From a virus (taxonomy: Duplodnaviria > Caudoviricetes): DNA of 64,000 nt. The stretch is taken from positions 2,968-66,967 of the IMG/VR virus record IMGVR_UViG_2799112225_000003; one strand, given 5' to 3'. Shown here piece by piece: positions 10,001 through 17,307 of this stretch; positions within the stretch are counted from its first letter, which is position 1, and every line of letters begins with the position of its first letter. The notes beneath the pieces are model-generated. The model searched no databases. It was not told where the DNA came from and saw nothing but the letters and a program-made list of their open reading frames with translations. Made by a program: the position numbers and the translations under genes.

Positions 10001-13000
10001 CCCAGCATGCGCTCGACGGCGAGGTTGATCTTCGAGCCCGCGAAGTCGGGGGCCGAGGGGTCGATCAGGCGGAAGTCCAGGCCCGCCTTGTTGGCCTGGC
10101 CAGTCAACGACAGCGCGTTGACCTTCCCCTTCGTCTCCTTCGTCAGGCGCTTCAGGTCCGCGAACTGCCCGAGGATCGACTTCGGGTCCACCTTGATCTT
10201 GGGCGACAGCGCCGCTTCGACCACCAGCAGCTTGGCGTCCTCTTCGGTCTTGGCGGACCCGATGAGTTGCCGAATCTCCTTCTCGTCGGGCTGCGGCACG
10301 CGGGTTTCTGCGCGCCAGCTGTTACCGTCCTCGGACTTCTCTATCACCGCGCGCTCGCCCGCGGCCGGGTTGAACCCGAACTGCACTCGCCCGCCCTGGA
10401 TGTCCAGCTGGGGCACGCCCATGAAGTTCGCCACCTCCGGCGAGCGCTTCGCCACCACGTTCACCGGCCGGCCGCCGGCCACCTGCGGCACCGGGAACGT
10501 ACGGCCCCGGGCCTCCTCCTGCGCCTTCAGGTCGTCCAGCGTCACCGTGTCGGCAAAGGTCTGGTACATGCCCATCAGTGCAGGCAGGTTCTTGAACTTG
10601 GCGAACCGCGAGGCCTGGCGGTATCCCGTGCCCGACGGCGAAACCTCGTACAGCGACTCCACGCTGCCGAATTGCTTGGCCCAGGCGTCGAAGACGTGCA
10701 GGCCCTGCGCCTTGAGCGTCGGGTACTGCAGGAACCGCTGCATGTTGAACATTTCCACCAGGCTGTTGGAAACCGGCGTGCCGGTCGCCCCCATCAGCGG
10801 GGCCTTGTCGCCCAGCGCGTCGAAGAGGTACTGGGCCTTCACGAAGAGGTCGAACGCCTTGTCCGATCCGCCCGGGTTGCCCATGCCCGGCACGCGCTCC
10901 ATGGTGGAGTTGTAGAAGAGGTTCTTGAACTCGTGCAGCTCGTCGATGGCGAAGGCATCGACGCCGAGCTCATCGAACGTCACCACCTTGTCGCGCTCCC
11001 CGAGGGCCTGCACGCGCTGCTTCATGCGCGCTTCCAGGCGGGCCTTGATGCTCTCCATGTCGCGCACGATGTTGCGGTCGCCGCGGGCGCGCTTCATCTC
11101 GCCGATGCTGTCGGCCAGCTCGGTAATCTGCTCTTCGAGCACCGCCTTTTCCGTCTCGGCCGGCAGAGCAATCCTCTTCAGGCTGGAGTGGCCGATGATG
11201 ACGGCATCCCAGTCGCCGGTGACGATCTTGGAGAAGAACTTCTCCCGGTTGCCCTTGGTGAAGTCGTCCGGCGTGGCCGCCAGCACGTTGGCCGCCGGGT
11301 ACAGGCGGGAGAACTCGCTGCGCCACTGCAGGGTCAGATGGTTGGGCACCGTTACGATGGGCTTCCGAGCGATGCCGAGCCGACGCATTTCCATGATGGC
11401 AGCCACCACCTCGAAGGTCTTGCCCGCGCCAACGACGTGATCCAGCAGGATCTGGCGCTGCTGCAGGGCCCGCCAGACCGCATCCTTCTGGTGAGGCAGC
11501 AGCTCCATCGCGGGCGACATGCCCGGGAAGGTCATGTGCGAGCCGTCGAAGCGACGCACCACGATGCGGTTCATCTTGTCGTTGTAGATGCCTGCAACGC
11601 GGTCGGCGCGCTCGGGATCGCTCCACAGCCAGCGCTGCCACTCGGCCTTCATGGCGGTCTGCTTCTCGCGCGCCGCCTCTGTCTCTTTCTCGAGCACCAC
11701 CGTGCGGGTACCGCCATTGGGGTCGCGGATGGTGTCCGTGACCACCACGCCCTGCCCCGCCATCGTGCGCATGAAGATGTTCTGCGCCGTCATCCGGCTG
11801 ATGCCCCACTTCGCGGTGTTGAGGGCCGGGTTGGGCTGAGAGGTGTAGTCCACCAGCCACTGCCCGGTCGCTCGCAGGTAGGTGACGCGCGCATCCGCGC
11901 CAGTCACTTCCTTGGCGAACTGCTGGAACAGCTCCTGGGGAATGAACGCCGCACCCATGGCCGCGTGGATTTCGCTCGGCCGCTTGTCGGCCGGGATGAC
12001 CTTGCGCAAGGCTTCCACGTTGCGGCGCAGTGCCGGGTCATCGCGCGCCGCAGCCTCTGCTTCGGCCAACTTCGTCTTCACGTCGCCGGACAGGTATTCG
12101 TCGGCCATCACGAGCCCGTTCACCGGGTCGGCATACACCACGTCGCCCAGCTCCGACACGATCTGGGCCGGCGGCTTGTCGTACAGCGTCGCCATGTAGT
12201 CGGCGTCCAGCCGCCCCTTGTAGTTCAGGCTGGCCAGCAGCGCGTCCTTGGCGTTGCTCACCTTGATGTTGTCCGCTGGCGGGAACATCACGCGGCGCGC
12301 GAAGATGTCGGCCTTGACCGCCTTGGGCGCGCGCGGCTCGATGTCCTCGCGCTCGGCCACCGCCTTGCTCACACCGCGGTCGTAGTCGAACTCCAGTGCC
12401 AGCACAAGGGCAGATTCTGTGTCGTCCAGAAAGATGCGGCGGTTGGTGGGATCGTTCAGGTAGCCGTACTTGCTCTGGAACCCGTCGTAGAGGCGATTCA
12501 GTTCGCGGCGATGCTGTTCGATCTGCCCGTCGGTCGAGTCGGGGGAGCGCTCCAGGCGCATCTGTGCGCGCAGCGCATCGCGCAACCCGACCATTCCCTT
12601 CATGCGCTCTGCCGCTTTCACATTGGGCGGCGTCCACGGCTCGGCCCTCCGGTTGCCGAGCGAATCAGGGCCGCGCATCAACACACGGCCGCTGTCGTCC
12701 ACGTAGAACGAACCGACCTTCACGCCGTCGGGCACCACCACGTCGGCGGCCTCCCGCTCGTGCGTTCGCTCGACTGGCTGGTAGACGTCTTCCGGCAGCG
12801 CATCGGCCCAGGTCTTCAGCTGCTGCGCCAGGTCGCCGGAAGGCTCCACCGTGTATTCGCCTGCACGGTACATCGAGCCCGCGGCCGTCGGCGTGCCGAG
12901 TACCGCCTCAGGGTTGCTCAGGAAGTAGCTGCTGACGTTGTGCTGCGTGGCCTCGCCCGTCTTCGGGTTGGCGAGGGTCTGCTGACCCGCCTTCACCCAT

Positions 13001-16000
13001 GCTGCGTCGCCCAAGCCATTCGCGCGCTCGGATTCCGTCTTCTTCTGGAACACAACGATGTCGGTCACCACCTCGGTGCCGGCGTTCGTCTTGAACGTGG
13101 TGTTCGGCAAGCGGACGGCCGCCACCAGGTTGGCGCGGTCGGCGATCCACTGGCGGGTCGCCTCGTTCTTGGCGTCGAGGAAGTTGTGCGACACCACCAT
13201 CGCCAGCAAGCCACCGGGGCGCAGCTTGTCGATGCTCTTGGCGAAGAAGTAGTTGTGGATCGAAAAGCCCGAGTACGGCGAGCGGTCGTCATCCACGATG
13301 GGCTCGGAGCCGAACGGCGGATTGCCCACGGCCAGGTCGAAGTACTCGGCCGGCGCCTGGAAGTCCTGGAAGCCAGTGGCCTGCGCCACCTTGGCGCTGG
13401 GATACAGCGCGGCGGCGATCTGGCTGGTCAGCGGATCCAGTTCCACGCCGTGCAACTGCGAGCGCTTCCGCATGCTCGCGGGCATCAGCCCGAAGAAGTT
13501 GCCGGTACCTACAGCCGGTTCGAGCACCCGGCCCGCGGAGAACCCCATGCGCTCGAGCGCCTGGTAGATGCCATCGACCACCACCGGCGACGTGTAGTGC
13601 GCATTCAGCACCGATGCGCGGGCGGCCTTGTATTCGGCATCGGTCAACAGCTCGCGCAGCTCGGCGAACTCCTTGGACCACTGCTTGTTCTGGGGGTCGA
13701 AGACACCCTTCAGCGCTCCCCAGCCGACGTAGCGCGCGATCTGCTTGCGCTCCTCGGGCGTGGCCTTGCGGCTCTCCCCGGCCAGCGCCTTGAGGATTCG
13801 GATGGCCGCAATGTTGTCGCGGTACTTCTTGGTGAGCCCGCCCTTGCCGATGTCCTCGGCATCTAGGGTGTGGTCGCTCGGCTGATCGAGCTCGGGCTTC
13901 GGCGACGCCTCGGCGGTCGCCGGGTCGGCTACAGCGTGGGCGGGCTGTCGCTCAGGCCGTACATCTCCGAGATCTCGTGGCGCGCGAGGTGCCGGTTCCC
14001 CGGATCGCTGTACGCCCTCCGTTCGGCCTCCTCCTGTTCCTTCAGAGCCGGCAGGAACTCGTTCGCCTCGATCAGCGCCTTCACCCGCTTCGGCCACCCG
14101 AGCATCCACCGGTTGGCGATCTCGGTCGCCAGCGCCGGCATCGCGCGCATCGCCTCCTTGATCGGCGGCGGGTAGTCGTTCGGTCTGTACAGCTCCTGCA
14201 TTTCGTCCATTGTCGTCTCCTGTGGAATGGGCATCAACGGGCTGCGGCGCCGATGCAGAGGGCTTGGGTTCGTTCAGCCGCGTTACCGGCCCGCGGCGAA
14301 GGTCCACGGCTGAGGGTTGCGTCGAATGTGTGCGCTGCTGCTCGCCTGGGATGTCTTCGAATTGCCCCTGGGCAACTTGGCGGACGGCCCGCACGTCCAC
14401 GCTCCACAAGCCGCCGTTGACGCCGGGCCGGTACGCAACCACACGGTCGAAGCCGCCGTAGCTCTTCACCACGTTGCCCGGCTGGAAGTACGAGGCGCGC
14501 GCCCGCTCTTCTGCTTCATCCTTCTTGGCGAGGACGCCTCGGCGCTGCTTGGGCTCTTGCGCGGGCGACGGGATCGAAGGGGCCGCGGGCTCATCCTTGC
14601 GGCGCATCGTGGCCAGCGGCTTCTTGAACCGGCCGTCCGCGAGGCCGGCCTTGAACTCGTCGACGGACATAGCCGTCACCGGGCCAACCTTCCAGCCCGC
14701 GTCGTAACTGCCCTTGTACGCAGCTACAGCCTCCGCTTCGCTGTGGAAACCGAAGAGGGCCTTCGCCTCGTCATAGGTGCCATCCCCGTTGATCTGGTCC
14801 ACCACGTAGACCGTCGGGGCGGTCGCCGCGGCGGGGCCGACGAACACATCCACGTGGTCGCCGTCGGCAGCCTCGGAGCCCTTCACGTAGCCGTAGTGCG
14901 CGGCCATCGTGTTGCTCCATTCGGTGCCGTCCGGCGACGTGCCGCGGCGCGTGCTGCCCTGCGGGTTCTCCACGCTGATGCGCAGGCCCTGCACCTCATC
15001 GCCGGACAAGTGGCCCATCTTGTAGTTGCCGGCCTCCTTCTGGGCCTGGCTGGGCTCGGGCAGGTCGTTTTGCGGGCTGGTCGCTGCTTCGTTCGCCGCG
15101 GCGTCGACCGGCGCTGCCGCTTCCGGCCGACGAGCGGCGCTGCTTTGCTCGCGCTCGATCTGCGCGATGTCGTTGTCGATGTCGCGCCGCAGAGGCGTGC
15201 CAGGCACAGCCTCGGCGCGCCGGCGGCGCAGGTCCGCCAGTTGATCGGCCGACGCAGCGGCTTGCGGCTGCGCAGCTTGTGCCGGCTGGGCGTCCTTGGC
15301 CTGCACAATGAAGCGCCGGTTGTCCGGCACCACCTCGTGCGTCTCCGTGAGGCCTGACGTTTCCACGAAGGCCTGCGCCTTGTCGCGGGACAGGAACCAT
15401 GCACTCCCTTCTTCCACCCGGCGAACCGCCTTCTCGCGCTTCGCGTTCGGGACTGCCGGTGCTGCCGGCGAGGGTGTCAGCGCTGCTGCGGCTGTGACTG
15501 GCGCTGCTGTAGTCGCTTCTGCTCCTGCCGGCGCTTGTTGCGCGACTGCTTGCTGGGCTTGATCGGCTTGAGTGCCAAGGGTTTCTCCTTTGGGTTGCGG
15601 TGCGGATTCGGGCGCGGCGCGGCGGTCGCGTGCTTGCGAAATGCCCTCCTGCACGCTGTTGGGCGCGGTCGGCGCCGCGGGCGCGAGGGCAGCAAGCTCG
15701 GCCCGGGCGCTGTCGCGCTCAGCGATCAAGCGCTGATCCCAGCCGTTCGACGCGGCCTGTTGGCGCACGAACTCCAGCCGCGCGCGCAGTTCGGCCTCCC
15801 GGTCCTGCGCCTGTTCGGAGATCTCTCCGGTTTCAGCATTGACGTTCGCCACAGGCGCTGCGGCGGGTGCCGGCGAAGCCGCCGCCGGTTTCGCGTCCTT
15901 GCCATCGGCAGCCTCGGTTTGAGCGGCGAGCTGGGCCGCCGCATTCATCACGTCGTGTGCGCCACCATCCACCGCCAGCGCGGCGGCGGTGGACAACGGA

Positions 16001-17238
16001 CCTGCAGCGGGGTCCAGCCCCATCGCTTCGGAGGGACGCACGGGCTTCGCTTCATCAGTGAGAGCGAGGTTGCCCGTGCTGAACTCGCGCGCGTCCGGTG
16101 CTGCCGCCTCGAAGTCCACGCCATCGGTAGGCGCCGTGGGCATCACATCGAGCGGCGGCCGGCTGGCCGGGTCGCGCGGATCAAAGGTGCGCTGCACGCT
16201 GGCCAAGCCGCCCGCAACCGCGGGAATCTCGCTGACCGCCGCGGGTGCCTGGCCCTGGTCCACTGGCAACAGCGAGAGCTGCTCGCCGGGCGTGCGCCCT
16301 GCACTGCCGAGCGCCGCCTGATTCGGGGCGTGCTGACCAGTGGCGCCATGCAGCAGCGCAGCCCCGCCGCCCATGGCACCGCCCGCGAGCAACCCGGCGG
16401 CGGCGGCCTTGCCGACACCTTCACCGACGGGCTTGTCCAGCGCGAGGTTCTGCAGCGCCTGCTCGGACATCGACTGCGGCAGTTCTTCGAGCACGCCCTC
16501 GGACAGGATGCCGGCGCCAACCTGGCGCGCGAGCGAACGCTGTGAGGCGGGCCCGGCGCCGTGGATGGCTCCCTGCGCCAGCATCGTGTCGGCATCGCCG
16601 ATACCGAGGCGTTGCGCCAGGCGGCCACCGAGTGCGCCAAAGCCAGCAGTAGCGGCGCCGGTCGCGGCGGACAGAGCCGCCTGCTTCGGGGTGAGCAACC
16701 CGTCTTGCGTCTCTTGGCGGATCTGCTCGGCCTGCGAGCCCGCCCCCAGCACGCCTTCACCGATGGCGCCAGCGATGGCCGGCGCCACCTTGGGCGCCAA
16801 CTTGAGCAAGCCGCGCGCCACGCCCGCGCCGCCGAGCATCTGCGGGATCGACTCGCCCACGCTGGTCGCGATGGTGCTGGGGTTCTCCAGCATGGTCTTG
16901 GCCGTGTCGACGAAGCCGTCGGCCGCCTGCACCTTGCGGTTGGCGCCCTTCTGCGCATCGGAGTACTGGTCGTCGAGGAACTTCTGCGCGTCCTCGAAGC
17001 GAACTCCTGCCTGCTCCAGAGCTTTGCCAGCGTGGCCGCCCGTCACGATGTCGGCCAAGCCGACGACGCTCTGCGGCAGGCCAACTGCGCCCTTCAGCGC
17101 AGTGACCCCGACATCCTTTGCGGTGCCGAGCACGGTGCGCTTCGCATCGGGCGGATCGAGCTCACCCGAAAACGGGGTGAGGTTGTGGGGTGGGGTATCG
17201 AGTTGCCCGTCGAAGGGCTTGAGGGTTTCGCCAGCCAT
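4045..17238 (-). CDS. Giant polyvalent/DarB-like virion-ejected protein (4397 aa): PPase-like, N6-adenine MTase, SNF2 helicase, zincin-like peptidase, ART-like and PLxRFG domains
   Basis: GNYKMGH...HYGYVKG...DGDHVDVFVGP; EPAVGTGNF and NPPF; VGAGKT, DELH, ATGTP, QREGRIIR; HEVLGHHG; FFHGT...GRGVY...EIVAFEPTQVKSAIGN; YAPLSRFGRY. Confidence 0.92.
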   Translation of the reverse strand: MAGETLKPFDGQLDTPPHNLTPFSGELDPPDAKRTVLGTAKDVGVTALKGAVGLPQSVVGLADIVTGGHAGKALEQAGVRFEDAQKFLDDQYSDAQKGANRKVQAADGFVDTAKTMLENPSTIATSVGESIPQMLGGAGVARGLLKLAPKVAPAIAGAIGEGVLGAGSQAEQIRQETQDGLLTPKQAALSAATGAATAGFGALGGRLAQRLGIGDADTMLAQGAIHGAGPASQRSLARQVGAGILSEGVLEELPQSMSEQALQNLALDKPVGEGVGKAAAAGLLAGGAMGGGAALLHGATGQHAPNQAALGSAGRTPGEQLSLLPVDQGQAPAAVSEIPAVAGGLASVQRTFDPRDPASRPPLDVMPTAPTDGVDFEAAAPDAREFSTGNLALTDEAKPVRPSEAMGLDPAAGPLSTAAALAVDGGAHDVMNAAAQLAAQTEAADGKDAKPAAASPAPAAAPVANVNAETGEISEQAQDREAELRARLEFVRQQAASNGWDQRLIAERDSARAELAALAPAAPTAPNSVQEGISQARDRRAAPESAPQPKGETLGTQADQAQQAVAQQAPAGAEATTAAPVTAAAALTPSPAAPAVPNAKREKAVRRVEEGSAWFLSRDKAQAFVETSGLTETHEVVPDNRRFIVQAKDAQPAQAAQPQAAASADQLADLRRRRAEAVPGTPLRRDIDNDIAQIEREQSSAARRPEAAAPVDAAANEAATSPQNDLPEPSQAQKEAGNYKMGHLSGDEVQGLRISVENPQGSTRRGTSPDGTEWSNTMAAHYGYVKGSEAADGDHVDVFVGPAAATAPTVYVVDQINGDGTYDEAKALFGFHSEAEAVAAYKGSYDAGWKVGPVTAMSVDEFKAGLADGRFKKPLATMRRKDEPAAPSIPSPAQEPKQRRGVLAKKDEAEERARASYFQPGNVVKSYGGFDRVVAYRPGVNGGLWSVDVRAVRQVAQGQFEDIPGEQQRTHSTQPSAVDLRRGPVTRLNEPKPSASAPQPVDAHSTGDDNGRNAGAVQTERLPAADQGGDARDAGAGDRDRQPVDARVAEAGEGADRGERVPAGSEGTGGGRTEGVQRSGEPAPRAPRDLGDVRPERQPAHAVADPATAEASPKPELDQPSDHTLDAEDIGKGGLTKKYRDNIAAIRILKALAGESRKATPEERKQIARYVGWGALKGVFDPQNKQWSKEFAELRELLTDAEYKAARASVLNAHYTSPVVVDGIYQALERMGFSAGRVLEPAVGTGNFFGLMPASMRKRSQLHGVELDPLTSQIAAALYPSAKVAQATGFQDFQAPAEYFDLAVGNPPFGSEPIVDDDRSPYSGFSIHNYFFAKSIDKLRPGGLLAMVVSHNFLDAKNEATRQWIADRANLVAAVRLPNTTFKTNAGTEVVTDIVVFQKKTESERANGLGDAAWVKAGQQTLANPKTGEATQHNVSSYFLSNPEAVLGTPTAAGSMYRAGEYTVEPSGDLAQQLKTWADALPEDVYQPVERTHEREAADVVVPDGVKVGSFYVDDSGRVLMRGPDSLGNRRAEPWTPPNVKAAERMKGMVGLRDALRAQMRLERSPDSTDGQIEQHRRELNRLYDGFQSKYGYLNDPTNRRIFLDDTESALVLALEFDYDRGVSKAVAEREDIEPRAPKAVKADIFARRVMFPPADNIKVSNAKDALLASLNYKGRLDADYMATLYDKPPAQIVSELGDVVYADPVNGLVMADEYLSGDVKTKLAEAEAAARDDPALRRNVEALRKVIPADKRPSEIHAAMGAAFIPQELFQQFAKEVTGADARVTYLRATGQWLVDYTSQPNPALNTAKWGISRMTAQNIFMRTMAGQGVVVTDTIRDPNGGTRTVVLEKETEAAREKQTAMKAEWQRWLWSDPERADRVAGIYNDKMNRIVVRRFDGSHMTFPGMSPAMELLPHQKDAVWRALQQRQILLDHVVGAGKTFEVVAAIMEMRRLGIARKPIVTVPNHLTLQWRSEFSRLYPAANVLAATPDDFTKGNREKFFSKIVTGDWDAVIIGHSSLKRIALPAETEKAVLEEQITELADSIGEMKRARGDRNIVRDMESIKARLEARMKQRVQALGERDKVVTFDELGVDAFAIDELHEFKNLFYNSTMERVPGMGNPGGSDKAFDLFVKAQYLFDALGDKAPLMGATGTPVSNSLVEMFNMQRFLQYPTLKAQGLHVFDAWAKQFGSVESLYEVSPSGTGYRQASRFAKFKNLPALMGMYQTFADTVTLDDLKAQEEARGRTFPVPQVAGGRPVNVVAKRSPEVANFMGVPQLDIQGGRVQFGFNPAAGERAVIEKSEDGNSWRAETRVPQPDEKEIRQLIGSAKTEEDAKLLVVEAALSPKIKVDPKSILGQFADLKRLTKETKGKVNALSLTGQANKAGLDFRLIDPSAPDFAGSKINLAVERMLGTYQKWTADRGTQLVFCDLSVPLSARSGFGSKERRVYVRDEGALVHKKGTMHTVRGHEDLPFFVVKEGGKDAKAFTIYDAATGLRVHAGLPAKGIATDWAAQALNDDSRRQRWIDARDRIGDLQQDEIDDYNNANEIDTEETESISLADIAGMSGATAFSVYDDIKGKLMARGVPEREIAFIHDYNTPAAKDKLFKAVNRGDIRFLLGSTPKMGAGTNVQERLVGLHHIDAPWRPSDLEQREGRIIRRGNALYARDPDGFEVEIYRYATEQTYDTRRWQILEHKARGIEQLRKYDGTLNEIDDIEGEAANAADMKAAASGDPLILEETRLRNDVRRLESLQASHADETAAMVRQARDQQRFAQDWGPKELDTFRALQAAAEAHPVPKDGFAGLTVAGKTITDREAAIKAVKRGIDRVFVSGGQEEFQYRGVTFMLEGTPDHVELNSPTGGLDSYRPARDVLPSAAGILTRFGNYINRLPAHIVDLDAKIAEAKQSAVQLREQAGKPFAQAKELEVAREAHRRVQRRLVAKGPDIPLNQRPALQKAMAEQRQQLTEQGFGDALEEFGGPADDAQFRRDGTEMLSPEAARAMRALLPNYSPQARAQAVASVTKTVEAIRAGWGNGPEVIVAFDMGDPVVPEAARRADLKQRSGGARGAPEGFYYRGKAYLMASRLPTANDAARVLFHEVLGHHGLRGQFGKGLDEVLNQIGTMRRADVDAKIEEYGLRGVNKLDRRAAAEEVLAEMAQTHPELHFVRRAIAAIRTWLRQHVPGFSNLRMTDDEIVRNFILPARRFVEQGGPDGGPGDGLRFSRGEAGPATANSLGAPIASNDEGVANFWHWYSGQDGSLKDTRSGTQGSGGAVGGAAAGGPGRDGGAPGRLGPVDAQGRPLVFFHGTRDDFAAFDTEHPNRKDVGWLGRGVYGASDATDANYYAGAKRGQGGPRVMPLYFAVTNPYVATPEIKARLKRATQAQVDRFTSNLRAMGHDGVTLTAEDGSLEIVAFEPTQVKSAIGNSGAFDGGNPDIRFSRSTVQDFAKKATAELNKTFTAPGKLSWWHKTVGTMYNLAERSPAFKAVFDSAQGFVDDVSFYANDAAELAPKLLPKLETWRDIKKAPVAAADNAAVAKPVFEGTLTWARDEQGKPVPVQSLIDAAAELTADQKAQRLLRNGQIDERMLKAWQGMPLESYEKAINTRFESRMLQPGVVWTDAELRSMFKLSDDQIALYHEFRETTDRSLDTMARADMLRFVGDDAKAMRGMVMDAPDVQAAAVLLRDHLVQLANEQPDRATQILNTANGIIDRADKVRDLQARGYAPLSRFGRYSVDVVDAAGERQYFGLFETAREANNMATKMREEFGDATVTQGTLSEEAFKLFAGVTPETLELFGNALGLDSTGDSAQDQAFQEYLRLTKTNRSAMRRLIHRKGIAGFSEDVGRVLASFIYSNARQTAAGLHMGDLGEAVQAIPKEQGELKDAAVRLAEYVKNPQEEAQAVRGLLFAQYLGGSVASAFVNMTQPVAVTLPWLSQYGGARAAAAQIGRAAKNIATRGFQYEPDLAAALKRAEDEGTVSPQEVHQLMAQARGASSLRSGDGTRGGELRAMGQNALSRLSLAWGKLFGAAEQVNRRVTFVAAYRTAKAQGMEDPAGFARKAITETQFLYSKANKMEWGRGAIGGTLMTFKTYSVAYLELLHRMYTQGGPEGKRAALLALGMLMLMGGAGGLPFEEDLEDAVDALAQMLGYNFSTKKARQDFLESLLPKPIAQFIDKGVSGLPGAPLDVSGRLGMGNLIPGTGLLLEKTSHSRDLLEIAGPAGDFASRILSGGRSVLTGDVGAGLLEMSPAAVRNAAKGADMAATGMYRDAKGYKVLDTNTLEATLKTIGFQPNSVATIQEANGINQGAKAFYNLRAQEIRAMWAQGIFEGDQQKVQDARDQVAAWNRKNPEQPMLVRIPDVMRRVREMQKSKDQRIADTAPKAMRVQMREDVARARAEGV
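7266..7472 (-). CDS. Candidate nested gene (68 aa) in +1 frame of giant gene
   Basis: MEASKTPEAARKDLEELLAELPPVGPAEMAAHLGDSDPLMRKAARSYF looks helical/HEAT-like while the main frame is a Gly-rich linker; RBS weak. Confidence 0.4.
   Translation of the reverse strand: MEASKTPEAARKDLEELLAELPPVGPAEMAAHLGDSDPLMRKAARSYFSTARATTSPPSIPSTQTEKT
13929..14210 (-). CDS. Nested gene (93 aa) in +1 frame of giant gene
   Basis: AGGAG 7 nt before ATG; protein-like sequence (IANRWMLGWPKRVKALI...HLARHEISEMYGL) while the main frame is low-complexity G/R/D/A. Confidence 0.75.
   Translation of the reverse strand: MDEMQELYRPNDYPPPIKEAMRAMPALATEIANRWMLGWPKRVKALIEANEFLPALKEQEEAERRAYSDPGNRHLARHEISEMYGLSDSPPTL
15477..15578 (-). 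CDS. Candidate nested basic micro-protein (33 aa) in +1 frame of giant gene
   Basis: AAAGGAGA then TTG start; MALKPIKPSKQSRNKRRQEQKRLQQRQSQPQQR. Confidence 0.45.
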   Translation of the reverse strand: MALKPIKPSKQSRNKRRQEQKRLQQRQSQPQQR

Positions 17239-17244
17239 TGCGCC

Positions 17245-17286
17245 AGTCTTCCGACGGGCGCTCCATGCGTCGAACCCTACAGGGGA
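17245..17286 (-). promoter_or_regulatory. Putative late promoter, copy 2 (giant gene)
   Basis: TCCCCTGTAGGGTT-N20-GGAAGACT, 6 nt to ATG at 17238. Confidence 0.65.
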
Positions 17287-17307
17287 GCGCTCTGCGGCGC
17301 CTGCTCA

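Noticed and set aside
4249-13866. Very long + strand ORFs (4249..6303, 7051..8988, 9154..13866)
   Set aside because: Antisense shadows of the GC-rich giant gene; no motifs, biased composition
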